A stretch of DNA of 64,000 bases from Fimbriosthenelais zetlandica (taxonomy: Eukaryota): contig OZ365116.1 of the NCBI GenBank assembly GCA_977030845.1, positions 18,848,001-18,912,000 of the forward strand. The letters are read 5' to 3'. A model generated the notes under the pieces. It did no database searches. It saw only the letters and a list, made by a program, of their open reading frames with translations, and was not told where the DNA came from. Both the position numbers and the translations under genes were made by a program. Shown one piece after another: positions 52,401 to 64,000 of this stretch; within the stretch, counting starts at the first letter, position 1; each line of letters opens with the position of its first letter.

Positions 52401-55400
52401 CCTGAAGCACTTTTAGTGATCACAACAAATAAGCAATAACTATATTGTGCTTCCCCAGCCAAGGCCTGGAGCAAAATTTGTTAGAGAAAATCTATTATAG
52501 CTTTACATGGTTTTCTCATGGTTATTCCCATCGGTAATTTTCTCCATATGATGGGTAGTCATACAAGATGCTGTCACTGTTAATATTACAAGGGGGAGTC
52601 TGTCAACCTTTGCTCTACCTACTTCTATGAGGCAGAATGTGGGAGAGGAAAAAATGTGTCTTGTTTGACGACCATTTTCAGCGTGATGGAGTTTTCACAT
52701 GTAAACACGGTTTGGACTTTGTAGTGAACCAGGTGTTCTCCCAATGACCTGGTAAACTACCTCTATCCTCCCATACCTTAATACGATGGTCAAGGCCACC
52801 CATGGCAATGTACATTAGCTTAATATCACGATTCCATATACTGTTACCATTAGAAACGTCTAATCTATTACTTGAACCTAAGTGTTTTAATTAACAGAAA
52901 ATCAAGTGGGGTGGGGCATTAGCAGTTATTAGTTATATTTTTTCGTTATTTAAGATAGGCATTTTCTGTGAAGGTCCATGGCAAAGATTGAATTTTCTTT
53001 AATACATTTCTTCTGTTAAATTAAAACAAAGGCACCAATGGAATCGTAATGTACAAATATTCATAATCAAAGTTTAGAATATAAGTCAGTGTCAATGTGT
53101 TATTGACTTAACCTCGAGGTTAGATACATAATATGGGTATATATACTGATAAGTGGAACAAAGGTACAACGTACTGATCAATGCCACCTTTCATGCCAGC
53201 CCCGCTGTTTTCCTCATAAATAAGCCAAGCCTTAAAAACAGATGCTGATATAATATTTCAGAAGATAATTGGGATCAAAATACCAGTAGTCAAAAATGGT
53301 GTACGTCATAACCCTAGTTTATTTGATTTTAACTGAAAGGAAAATGGATTTTGCTTTATATATTGATAGGAGCCTAGCGCGAGCAGGTGGTTATATTGGG
53401 TCACATCGATGCATAATAGGGACATTTGATAAAGGCAGCAGTGCTTTGTTAGCAAGACAGAAGGTGTTTACTTCCAAATCTGTTATCTAGCAATTCCACT
53501 ATGAATAATTCTAGAAATATTTAAAATCCAATCATATCCTTGCATTCCATTATAGATAACGAAGTATTGGTGAACCATGAGTGCGTTGGTACTACATAAA
53601 GGGAATAGAAAGCTCTTAATTTATATCCCAAATGAGAGTTCATTTTACTCTAAATTATGAGTCCATTACTCCCCATAATTAATTGTCACTCTACTGCATA
53701 TTCTTGAGTGTACTGAGTGAAATGGATCTAGATCCATTGTAGTGTGATGAGTGTGGAGACAATTAAATAAGCTGTTTGTAGTGGAGTCTATAGTATAGAA
53801 TAGGGGAGTACCATCCGGCCCATACAGTGAGTATATCTCAACCTAAGTGAGAGTCAGTGACTATATGGTACATACTTTATCTCCCATGTTTAGTATATTT
53901 ACATCTGCCGTCTATTAGAGCTCAGTAGCCACTCTTTGGTGTGCAGTATTTGCGTAGACAATCATTGGTAATAGCTCAAGTTGTTGTTACAGTACCGATT
54001 GGTAAAGGCTAGTGCCATTGCACTGTGTATGTCCTACAAATTTGCCTATGTCAGTTAAATTTTATTCTCTCGATTGATCAGACCATTATGATCTGAAGGT
54101 TGATTGTGTACAGGATGGAACCCCATACATTTTGTATAGCTCAGTTCGACTTCACAGTCACTCGACTATTAACTGCCAAAGTTCGGAGTACATGTGCGAA
54201 TAGAACTAAGATCATTTGAAGCCAATAATAATATACAATTTCAAAAAGAACTTTTCATTTAAAACTATTCCTAAAATATACCTTTTTGAGTGAATAGATG
54301 TAGGATTATTGAAATATTGAGTGTTCCTGAGAAATTATTATATTGGTACATGTCTGTATACTAAATGTAAAAAAAAAAATATATCAAATTGTCTATGAGG
54401 TCAGTCCACTCAATTATTACGTTTTTGTCAATGAATCCATGTACATCTTGCATTTCTAAGCGATATTGGAAAACAGTACCTGGTATATAGTGGTATCACT
54501 GTATAGTTACGAAAAGACAAAGTTTACTGTTAAAAGGTTTTTGTGAAACTATGCTTCACCAGCGTTTGCAATGATTGATTCTGAAATGCGGTCAACTGGC
54601 CATAAATGAAGTGATGGAGATTGTCATGTATTAAATCAGTAAGATAAAGAGTTGATTTCTGATGATGAACAATTTTACAAATTGTGATATTCTGCTCCAA
54701 ATTCAATCTATCTAGGTCTCAATAGGTAAATAATCTAGGCCGAACTTACTTATTTCTATGTTAGATTCATGTATGATATGCCAGAACAAAGTGGCATCAA
54801 CAAGGGTTTTAATTACAATTGTACCTGGAATATAATACCTTTAATCTAGCACTTTTGTCAAAACAATTAATTACTGTTGAATATTTCCATATGATAATGA
54901 TATTGCATTAGGTAAGTAAATAATTGTGCGGACCACCAATGCCCAATTTATCAGGATGTGTCACTTGGACTTGAGTCTTCAAAGCGACCCTCCCTGGAAT
55001 GTAGTTTGGACTTAGTAACGATCATGAGGTTATCAATGATATTGTGCCCTAGAGATTTTATCAACAATCCTAAATGCCCTGGATACCTGGCTAGTGCTTT
55101 GATATGACATGCATTTCTTGACAAAACTTTGAATTCAAATTAAGTTCACCTGCAGACTTTTGTTATTAAGTTCCAATGTTCAGTTTTTCTGTTAAAACAT
55201 TGGGTTTCCTGTTTCCAAGATGGATCTGATATAATCTCCTAACGTGCAATTAAAACGTTTAAATCTTTGACCTGTAAATGTATAGTGTATATATTGACAT
55301 TTTGAAGCCGGCCTGATATGTTTGTATTTCCCTAAAGAGCCTATGAGTGATATTAATCAGGTACTGATCAAAGTGTGACTTAATGTTAATAGTGAATTAA

Positions 55401-57043
55401 AAAAAAATACTGATAATGTGAGGAAGTGAAGACAGTCCAGAGGAAGAAAATGAAAAGTGATAGGTAACTGAAAGTCATGATGAATGTGGCGAGTCTTAGA
55501 TACACATGCTGTAGTATTATGAGATCTAGAACAGGTGTAACGGGCATGTACAAAGCACGTCTATTGTAAAGGTGGTTGTGGATCACTGTAAAAAAAATCC
55601 TTTTTGACAATGTATATATACCTGTACATGGTTCACCAATAACAAATTGCCTGTATGCCAAAAAAGTCGTGTGAGAAAGAGAAGTACTGTAACTATGATG
55701 CACTACTTTAAGGGAAATGTAGAATAGTGTCTGTCTTAGAATTTACGTTAGAAACTTTTTTCCATCTTAACCCTTCCTATAAGTGTCATAACTTCTCATA
55801 CACTTAGCTTAGGGACTTGTTACACCGTCTTCTATCTAGTGGTACAGTGGACAAGTACATAGAAAGAGGCAGCATAAAATTAATAAAATACTTTTTCCTC
55901 ACCGGGTTTCACAAAGCCCTGTTTGAAAACTGGTATCTAAAAAGACACGGGATTTCATTTACTATCTCAATATAATCCACCAATTTCGAGAAAGATCTGA
56001 GCATCAATACATTGAAATAATTGATGCTCATCCCAAAAACGAAAGGAATGGTTGCTGATGGATGATAATTATTCATTGAGTGTTTCACATTCGTTTGATG
56101 ATACCTTCCCACTTCAAGGCCCAATTGTAAATTGCGTTTCTTTAATTTTTTTCTGGGGATCAAGGGCAAGGTCCAGGCAACCCATGTGGCCCATCCTTGG
56201 CCTGATTTCCGGTTAACCCTGTTGCTCGATCATAACCATCACGACATGGGAAAAAGGAAAACGACCGCCCAAAAAATAATCTTAAGGGCCAAAGGAAGAC
56301 TCCCCTTCCGAGTTTAAAGCCCTAATAGAAACACGCAATATTCTAAATTTAGCATCGGGGAAGAAACTGAAGCTTTACTACCTTTCAAGAGCAGGGTATA
56401 TCAATTAGTTTTTGTGGCTATTTTTCCTTCTGTCTCATGGGCTGTGAGAAAATAGCCCCAGTTCCATGTGCGAAACAAATACAGAGGTTTGACATTCAAC
56501 TTGTAAGTTGAGGCCTACCATGAATGTTTACATCGTATCATTTTACCCCATGAAATCCTGGTTGGTTGCTTGGGGCAGAGTATTGGAGGGACGTGACTCT
56601 ATGTGACCATTTTCCTATTGCTATAAACATTGGTAAAGGCTGTCATGATCCACCCATGCTTCAGCACTAAAACCTTCAAATATGGCTTTATCTCTCGTTT
56701 AGTTACTGTCAAATTTAGTCTTCCATCCACCAAAACTTACCTAGATATTTCTATTCTTGGTTGGTAAATTCCAGAGATGAAACTTACTGGCGATTTATTA
56801 TTAGTCATGACTTGAATGTTTATTATTTCTATCACGCTATTTAATGAGCACATTGTCATTCCGCCTGTGTTTTCACATTAGGATGCGGGTCATTGTCACG
56901 GCTGTTATGCGGTGTATGTGACTGTTAAGAAGGTAATGAAATGTTGAATGTCCATCTCCCTCAAGGGGAAGGACTGGGTCAGTGATCACATGTATATAAT
57001 TATGTGACCAAGTACATGAAAGTTCAACAGTTAATACTGTAAA

Positions 57044-57071
57044 GAATGTATGAGCAGGTGCTCATACATTC
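57044..57071. repeat. Perfect inverted repeat, 13-bp arms with a 2-nt spacer
   Basis: GAATGTATGAGCA-GG-TGCTCATACATTC. Confidence 0.85.
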
Positions 57072-60000
57072 ACACACAGCAATCATTGCGAAAGAACATT
57101 TTACAATGTTTAGAAATATTTGAAATGAAAACTGATGTGTATGTTGATTGTGGGAATCATCTCAAAGCTTGAAGCTCTGCCCCTGGTGAAGAGCAACCAC
57201 TGATGATTGTAAACATTGTAAGATAATTTAGAGATATCATTCAAAACGATTCAATATTTATGTAGAAACAAACAGGCGAGTGTCTTGTTAGAGACTGGAA
57301 ACCGATATGATACCAACCAATGTCCAATTTCTTTAATATCCAAAGATGTGTCTGCATTTATATATTTGCCAAGGTTGAAAAAAAAACTACTTAAGCGTCA
57401 CTTGAATATGACAAACAAAAATATAAAGATTTGAAAACCTATGAAACAAAATGTTTTAATCGAAATATATATGAAAAGTTCGGTAAATATATATAAAACA
57501 TAGGAAAATAGGTATTAATGCCGGCGTTTGGTCGGGAATGAAAAGAAATCTTGTATATACACATAGAAGATTAGCTTTTAAACTGAGTATTTCAGTGTAC
57601 AGTATATTCCTAAAGATGTTCTATTTTCTATTTTCTCCCATTTTCAATGTATGTGTAAATGTGTGTACGACAAAATAGAGGAAAAAAACAGTTCAGTGTT
57701 AATTGTTACTAAAATATAACCACGTAAAGACTTGTGCTGGGGAAAAAGTTGTGATTTAATAATTAGATGTGGAACTGTACCTTTCAATCTAAGACAAAAC
57801 TAAGCAACAGATTATATAAGAGGATAGTTTTGATTCCAAATGCTCCAGTTTAAAGGTTGGTTAAAGTTGGTTACACCATCATAGGCGATGGTCTTCAACG
57901 ATGTATACACACATATTGATATATATGATATATATTTTTCTCTTTCATCCATGTTATATGAATTATTGCCAAGTGTAAATGGATTGGTGTAGATAATAAT
58001 ATAAATATATATGTATATCCTTCATGTACAGAATCGTAAACTCCGTGGCACACGGTGCTAAAAAAATCTGTAGACATGGTGTAAATGCGATGAAAACAAA
58101 TTATTTACGAGATGTTAAACAAACCCTATGGAACTGTGTATTTTAAAACAAGAATAATAAAATTCAAATTATTTTCTGTTACAATATTTCAATGTTCTGT
58201 CATTCTTTCATACTGATGGTTAGACACAACATTCCTTGTTTATTCCATGTTTCTTGAAATGGCGAATACATAATTCACTTTGCACCGAGCAAGCAATTAT
58301 TGAACACCAGAAGCGTGGCTTTTCTGGATTACAATTTGTTACTCTTGGAAGCTCTCAGATATTACGTCTAAATTCTCATTAAAATGTCAGTGCCAGCAGA
58401 CAGATGCATGGACGAGCATGTGACGCACATGGGAAAATACACTCTGACTGACTTTTCATGTATGATTTATTGTCTTGATTTTTCTACAGTACTCAACTTT
58501 CTCAAGACTGGTATGTATTGATGGAGAAGACGGGGCAATGAGACGACATGTAAAGGTCGCACAATGCACTCATGACGCTCGTCACGTTACGTCAAACTAC
58601 AACAGCTGGACACCCTATGGCTAATTTTACTGGTGAATCTTTTCTCCCACCAATCTACAGAACCTTATGTTGAAAACATATACCTAACTTTAATATACTT
58701 AATCCAAGTAAATATCTAATCACCCATAACAATTACTGAACCTACTTCGGAGTGCTAAATTAATTTAAACAGAAATTACTAATGTAAATCCCCTAAATCT
58801 CATCCTATTTCCTATCAAGAACATACAATGATTGATAGACTATTGTGATCAAAATTAATCATTACATGTATAAATTTTATGTCTGGCAAAAAGCAGGAAA
58901 TGGTCGAGGAACAGGAAGAAATATCATAATCAAAAATAAAGTTTATAATCGACCACAAAATCAGGATGTGGTGGAAGGAGCAAGATCCTAGCTACCACAA
59001 ACCCGGTCACTATTCTCAATATTGTAGTTACGGTACAGGTCAAAATAGAGCTTTATTAGTGTCTATAGGGTCTCCAGGGTATGTAACGGTCTTTTGATTA
59101 TTTGCATAATTCTGCATAATGTAATAATAGATATTTTAACATAAAATGTAGTGGTTATATCATAGAAGGCCAGTGGAAGCACAGAGATCAACTACTACGG
59201 CACGAGACTATCTATATATCCAGCTGAATAAGAGAATCCTGATTGATTCTAGTTCTAAGTGATTTAACCAATGTAGCATGCTTATCAAATGGAACTGTTT
59301 TCCCTTGCATGTATTCAGCTGACATGTTTGTACTAATGCTATTTAGACAAAGTGATAAATGAGCAGGGTAACCTAATTTCCTATCTTTTAAACAAGAGTT
59401 TATCAAGGTTCTCATGAAGTCTTGGCTAATGCGCTTATGACCCCATGGCTGCTCAACGTTGTCACAAAAATTATCAAAACATTTCCCAAAATTTAATTGG
59501 TAATTTGTATATATATAAAACATATATAGCAACTGTGATTTTTAAGAAGGTTCTCTCGAATAAAAATTAATAAGACTAACACAAAATCTAACGTTACTTT
59601 CATTTTATACTCATGGAATGGATTTTCTGACTTTCTTCAAAGAGAAAGAACCCCAGGAGAAAATATCATATAACAAAATACAAATCTTTCAACTTACGGA
59701 AAAGCCATTCAGTCTTTGACATGATGCAAAACCCTAAAGGCATCTGGCAGAAAAGATTTAGGAAAGCATAACACTTTTTTCCTGCTGATAATTTAGTTTT
59801 GGAGGAAGTCATAAAATTTTGACCGATGAGCTTTTTTTTTTACAGTGGCTGACTTATTTGTTACGTAATGGTTTTCTCAGATGCTGTTTGTATGTCTTTC
59901 GTGTGTGGATGTTGTGGTTTTGAAAAGCAAACGTCATGTTTGGAGGTTCATCAATCATGAAATAAAGTATTAGTACTAAGGTGCTGGGGATTTTTATGAC

Positions 60001-63000
60001 AAGCTACCACAGAATGCTAAAAACATAACTGTTAGCTGCAAGTCTTATATCTAAAGTGAACAAAGTGCCCTCTTATCACTGTTATCAAAAACCATATCTT
60101 AAACAATAGATTGAGAGCTATTAAGTTAGGTCAGCTAATCAATACAGAATACTTGATCCAATTCGGCAGAAAAGGAAAACCATTGACCTGGTGCCTAACT
60201 CAGGGGCAGTATGTGAACCAGTAGAGCCTGTGGTGATTTTGATAATGGTGACACGGGAATCGCGTGTGGGGTTAGGTCATGTGCACAGTTCCTGATTACA
60301 TATTGATGATCAAAGTTGATCAAAGTTACATGCGTTTCACATCATTCACTTTATCATCAAAGTTCTTTAGTAAAATGTGTGACCCTGTCAGGCCCGGGTA
60401 TAGAAATGATGGAAATTTATACTGGATAAAATATTAATACTAGTATTCCCCACTGCTTTCATCCCAACCTCGGTCCTTCAATATATATACTGAATGTCCG
60501 GCTTATAGTACGATTAAAATGAGCACTTGGGTAGCTAAAAAAATATCCATTATCAAATCTGATTGAAATGACATCCAAGATATTTTACACGTTTTCAAAA
60601 AGAATTCGGGATGAGGTAGGTGAAAGCCTTGGTCATGATGAAAGGCTCCTATTCAAGGTCCTATTGAAATTTTAATCAAAATATATTCTCATAGGTTCAA
60701 GGCAAACACTGGCACAAGTGGCATAAGCAGGCTTATAGGGTCTTCTCTTCAAACACTCAGAGAGCCTGTAGTTTACTACCTGATATATATGTTTAAAGCT
60801 ATATAAATAAGCCCCCTCTAGAATACACATGCCCCCTCCACATCTCTGAGATGTCAATGGTGGTGTTGATATATATGTTAGAAGTTAGAGCAAGTTAAAG
60901 GGTGTTTCTCTTCAAATGATTTAATATCCATTCAATCAAAATGAAATTATATATAAAAAAAAATAGGTCAAATACACTGGAATTGTTCTAGATCTCCTTC
61001 AGTAGAACATCATGGATGAAATAACTAAATTCACTGTCCTGTGTGTACATGAATTTGCATTAATGACAGTGAGAATCGTTTTAGGGAAGGATCACACAGA
61101 AACTATGTAAAGTTGTGTATTCAGTTCATTCCTGCCCGGGAACTAGAGGCTAGGTTAGACATTTCAGTTTAGATCCTATTGCAGTATTTGAAAAAGAGCC
61201 AAAAGAGATGCTGACCGGGTCATTTAACACTCAGGTTGTGAATCAAAACCCAAACATGGAGACAACTTCACCTCACCTACCAAACTCAGCTTCAATCTGA
61301 TATCACCAGGATACCCTGGACACTGGGCATGATTTTCAATCATTCTTTTTTTTGTTAAATTTCTATTATTTAAGATAAGTCGGCACAAGGTCGGTTTTCA
61401 CCTCAGCGCTATAGCCAGCCCAGATTGATATAGAATATTAATAAAGCTTTAGTGAGGAAGATGGATTATAGGCTCAGAGGACACATTGTTCAGCCTCTGG
61501 AGCTTCCTTTTGTCAGCCCAATGTCCCTCCTATTATCTTGTTTACATGTCGTATTACTCTGGGACCATTCCTGTTAAATATGAAATGGAAATATTACCAA
61601 TGCCATGTGTACACGTGTTTAATACTGGTATGAGGAGTGTGGAGGATGGCGGTATGACACGTCCAATTACTGAGCTAATATACGGTGTAAATTAAGCCAC
61701 ACCTGACCAGATTAACCATGTCCGTCCCCGCCACAGCTTTCTGCCTCTTGGCTGGGCAAATCGTTAGCACCACAATTCAGATATGTTAATCCATCATGGC
61801 ATTGTTAGGGGACAGAAAATTAATTTGATCTGTAAGCGGCCAGTTTCATGCCGATGTCGGAGGTTTGGAGGATATGACAATATCATTGATTTTCTTACTA
61901 TATAAATGAAATTCTGCAGAATTGTGTATTTTGAAGCAATCTATTATCCTTATCTACGAAAAGCCTACAATCAATTCAAAATAATTTCAAGCAGTTCTTT
62001 TACATAACCAGTTGTGAAATTTCCCAAAACCACATCCTCAGCTATATAAGTCATAATAGGATGCTTTCCCGCGTGCATAGTTCATCACATTTGATTCTTA
62101 ATAAAAAAAGAAGAAACAAACATCCTCAAAGGTTGGGAAGAAACAGGATTCTCAGGCTTCCCACACATAGCACCAAGCATCAAGGCACCGAGGCCTGAGG
62201 AACAATCACTTAAAGGTGAATAGTTAATAAAGAAATAAACTATTGCCACTGTGGCATTTATTATTGTCCTTAAATGAAATTACCATGGGGCCTGTGGTTT
62301 GAAAGTGGAATGCAATGTCTGCTCATTAACAATTAATCGTCCTCCATCTCCCCAAAAGATCTCATGCATGAATAATTGAATACCACCCTGAAATCCAAAG
62401 GGATATCCTGAAAACAGCTCTGCTAGGCTCCCAGCAACAGCGCCAGCTAAAAGTGCTGATTGCTTTGACCTCATCTTCCCAGTGTATGCCAGCTATGGCT
62501 TAAAAAAGAACCCAGCAGATTGTCCTTACCAGGCTTCTTTCCTTTCCACAAATGTATTTAAAACAAAATGGAACAGATTTGTGTTGCAGATTTGGGCATG
62601 TAAGGACGAAGCGATGAAGCCAAATATTAATTAAAGTTCAGTGAGGTACACATACAAAATGTTATGCTCATATTTGATTAATGTCACTAAAATATTGCAT
62701 GGGTGATGGCTTTCTGAGTGTTATTATAGTAACTGTTAACACGTGAAGAAACCACCTTTGCCGGGGAAGGTACAATTTATGGAAAACCTATAATTAGATA
62801 TCCAGGCATGAAAGACGACTTCAAGAGAGAGTCAACTCTCCCTCAACGTTTAGTCATCAATAAGGGAAATTTGTATGAGTCGCGATGAAAGTAAATCAGA
62901 AATAAGGATGATAATATCATCTACATAAAAAGGTCCTTCCCTTCATAGCAATATAGCATGACACTGCTCTGATATAACAATAGCTAACATCGCCTTTCAC

Positions 63001-63139
63001 CTTCTGTGCTTTTATCGAAAACTCAGAGACCAAAGGTGGAGAGATGTGGTGGATAGAGATAGAGGGAGAGGTGGGGAGGGGGTAAATATGCTCCTATATT
63101 AGACGATATTATTAGGTGCAAATGTAAAGAGGAGCGGTT

Positions 63140-63213
63140 TATAAAAGCCTAGCTTTGTGGTTAGAAGTGCCGACGTCAGCTGAGAGTGGGCTTTTGTTTT
63201 TGTACAGGTATGT
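63140..63213 (+). promoter_or_regulatory. Candidate TATA promoter and short first exon of a gene extending beyond the window
   Basis: TATAAAAG at 63140-63147 after a purine-rich tract, GACGTCA near 63174, and donor-like CAG|GTATGT after 63207. Confidence 0.4.
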
Positions 63214-64000
63214 GAGAGACAGGTGGACTCACCTAGCCGGGTACCTGACGTCTTGTACAGGAGGAGCTGCTCCTGCCGGGCGAGTCACTCAAGGCTCGTC
63301 ATACCGTCTTCAGGTTCTTGCATTTTCATCTCATCTACAAAGCATAGAACATGAGGAATCATAAAGGAACCATATATTGATTTTCGTGGAATAAAGGTAT
63401 ATTAAAACTACTGTGTTCTTGATCTTATACTTATGCAGCGGAAGCATTCATATATAGTTTAGGACCTTCATACAAATATGAAAATACAGGTAGTATTTAA
63501 TATCTTAGTTCTTATTATTATCTTAGTTCTTATTATTTTCTTACATATTTATGTCTTCAAAAATCAAATTAAGGATAATGAGATTCATAACTTATTAAAT
63601 GGAGACAATATTTGGCAGTGTAAGTTTCACGTTACAGACAACTTATCAGTAACACGTTGTCTACACCACAAGTCATTTTTCCTGCAGGAAAGATTTCAAT
63701 CTTTTCAGCTACACGCATTTTTGAGGGAATTAATTAACCAATATAAATATAAATGGACGGTAATAAAACGTGGTCTTATGCTTCCTCGACTATTAATTTG
63801 GTAAATGGTCTAACCGTGGTCACGTCCATCTAATATCGCATCGATTTATATAATATAAATATCATATATTGGCACATTTTAATCAAAGTGCGTGGGAATA
63901 TTGGTGGGAAGTTTGTATCCGTATTATTGCAAACTTCATGTTATGATGAAGTCATCTAAAAGTAAATCAATGATGAGGACACAAAGAAATTCATGTTTGT

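Noticed and set aside
60308-60325. Tandem TCF/LEF-like GATCAAAG sites
   Set aside because: Equally explained by a 10-bp duplication; 60 kb from fzd4 and with no supporting context.
63501-63536. 18-bp tandem duplication and the 108-aa ORF at 63478-63804
   Set aside because: An AT-rich slippage repeat produces the hydrophobic stretch; no other coding evidence.

Overview
AT-rich animal genomic DNA with spliceosomal introns, probably from an invertebrate (the phylum cannot be fixed from the sequence). There is no CRISPR array, rRNA or intact mobile element. I reconstructed exon structures by hand and checked reading-frame phase at every junction. In order, the window holds: (1) the 5' half of a Frizzled-4 gene running off the left edge, missed by the ORF track; (2) a 5-exon secreted, probably GPI-anchored beta-lactamase-family serine hydrolase; (3) an 8-exon HUNK-like AMPK-related kinase; (4) a 3-exon tandem-GNAT (YitH-like) acetyltransferase with a likely GC-AG intron; (5) tRNA-Ser(AGA); (6) a VWA-EGF-transmembrane receptor-like gene whose last exon appears to splice in frame to a profilin-like domain, the most unusual item here; (7) a convergent 123-aa orphan single-pass membrane protein; (8) a CRE/X-box-rich regulatory zone at about 30.5-33.6 kb; (9) TENT5/FAM46; and (10) about 20 kb of apparently non-coding sequence ending in a candidate TATA promoter at 63.1 kb.
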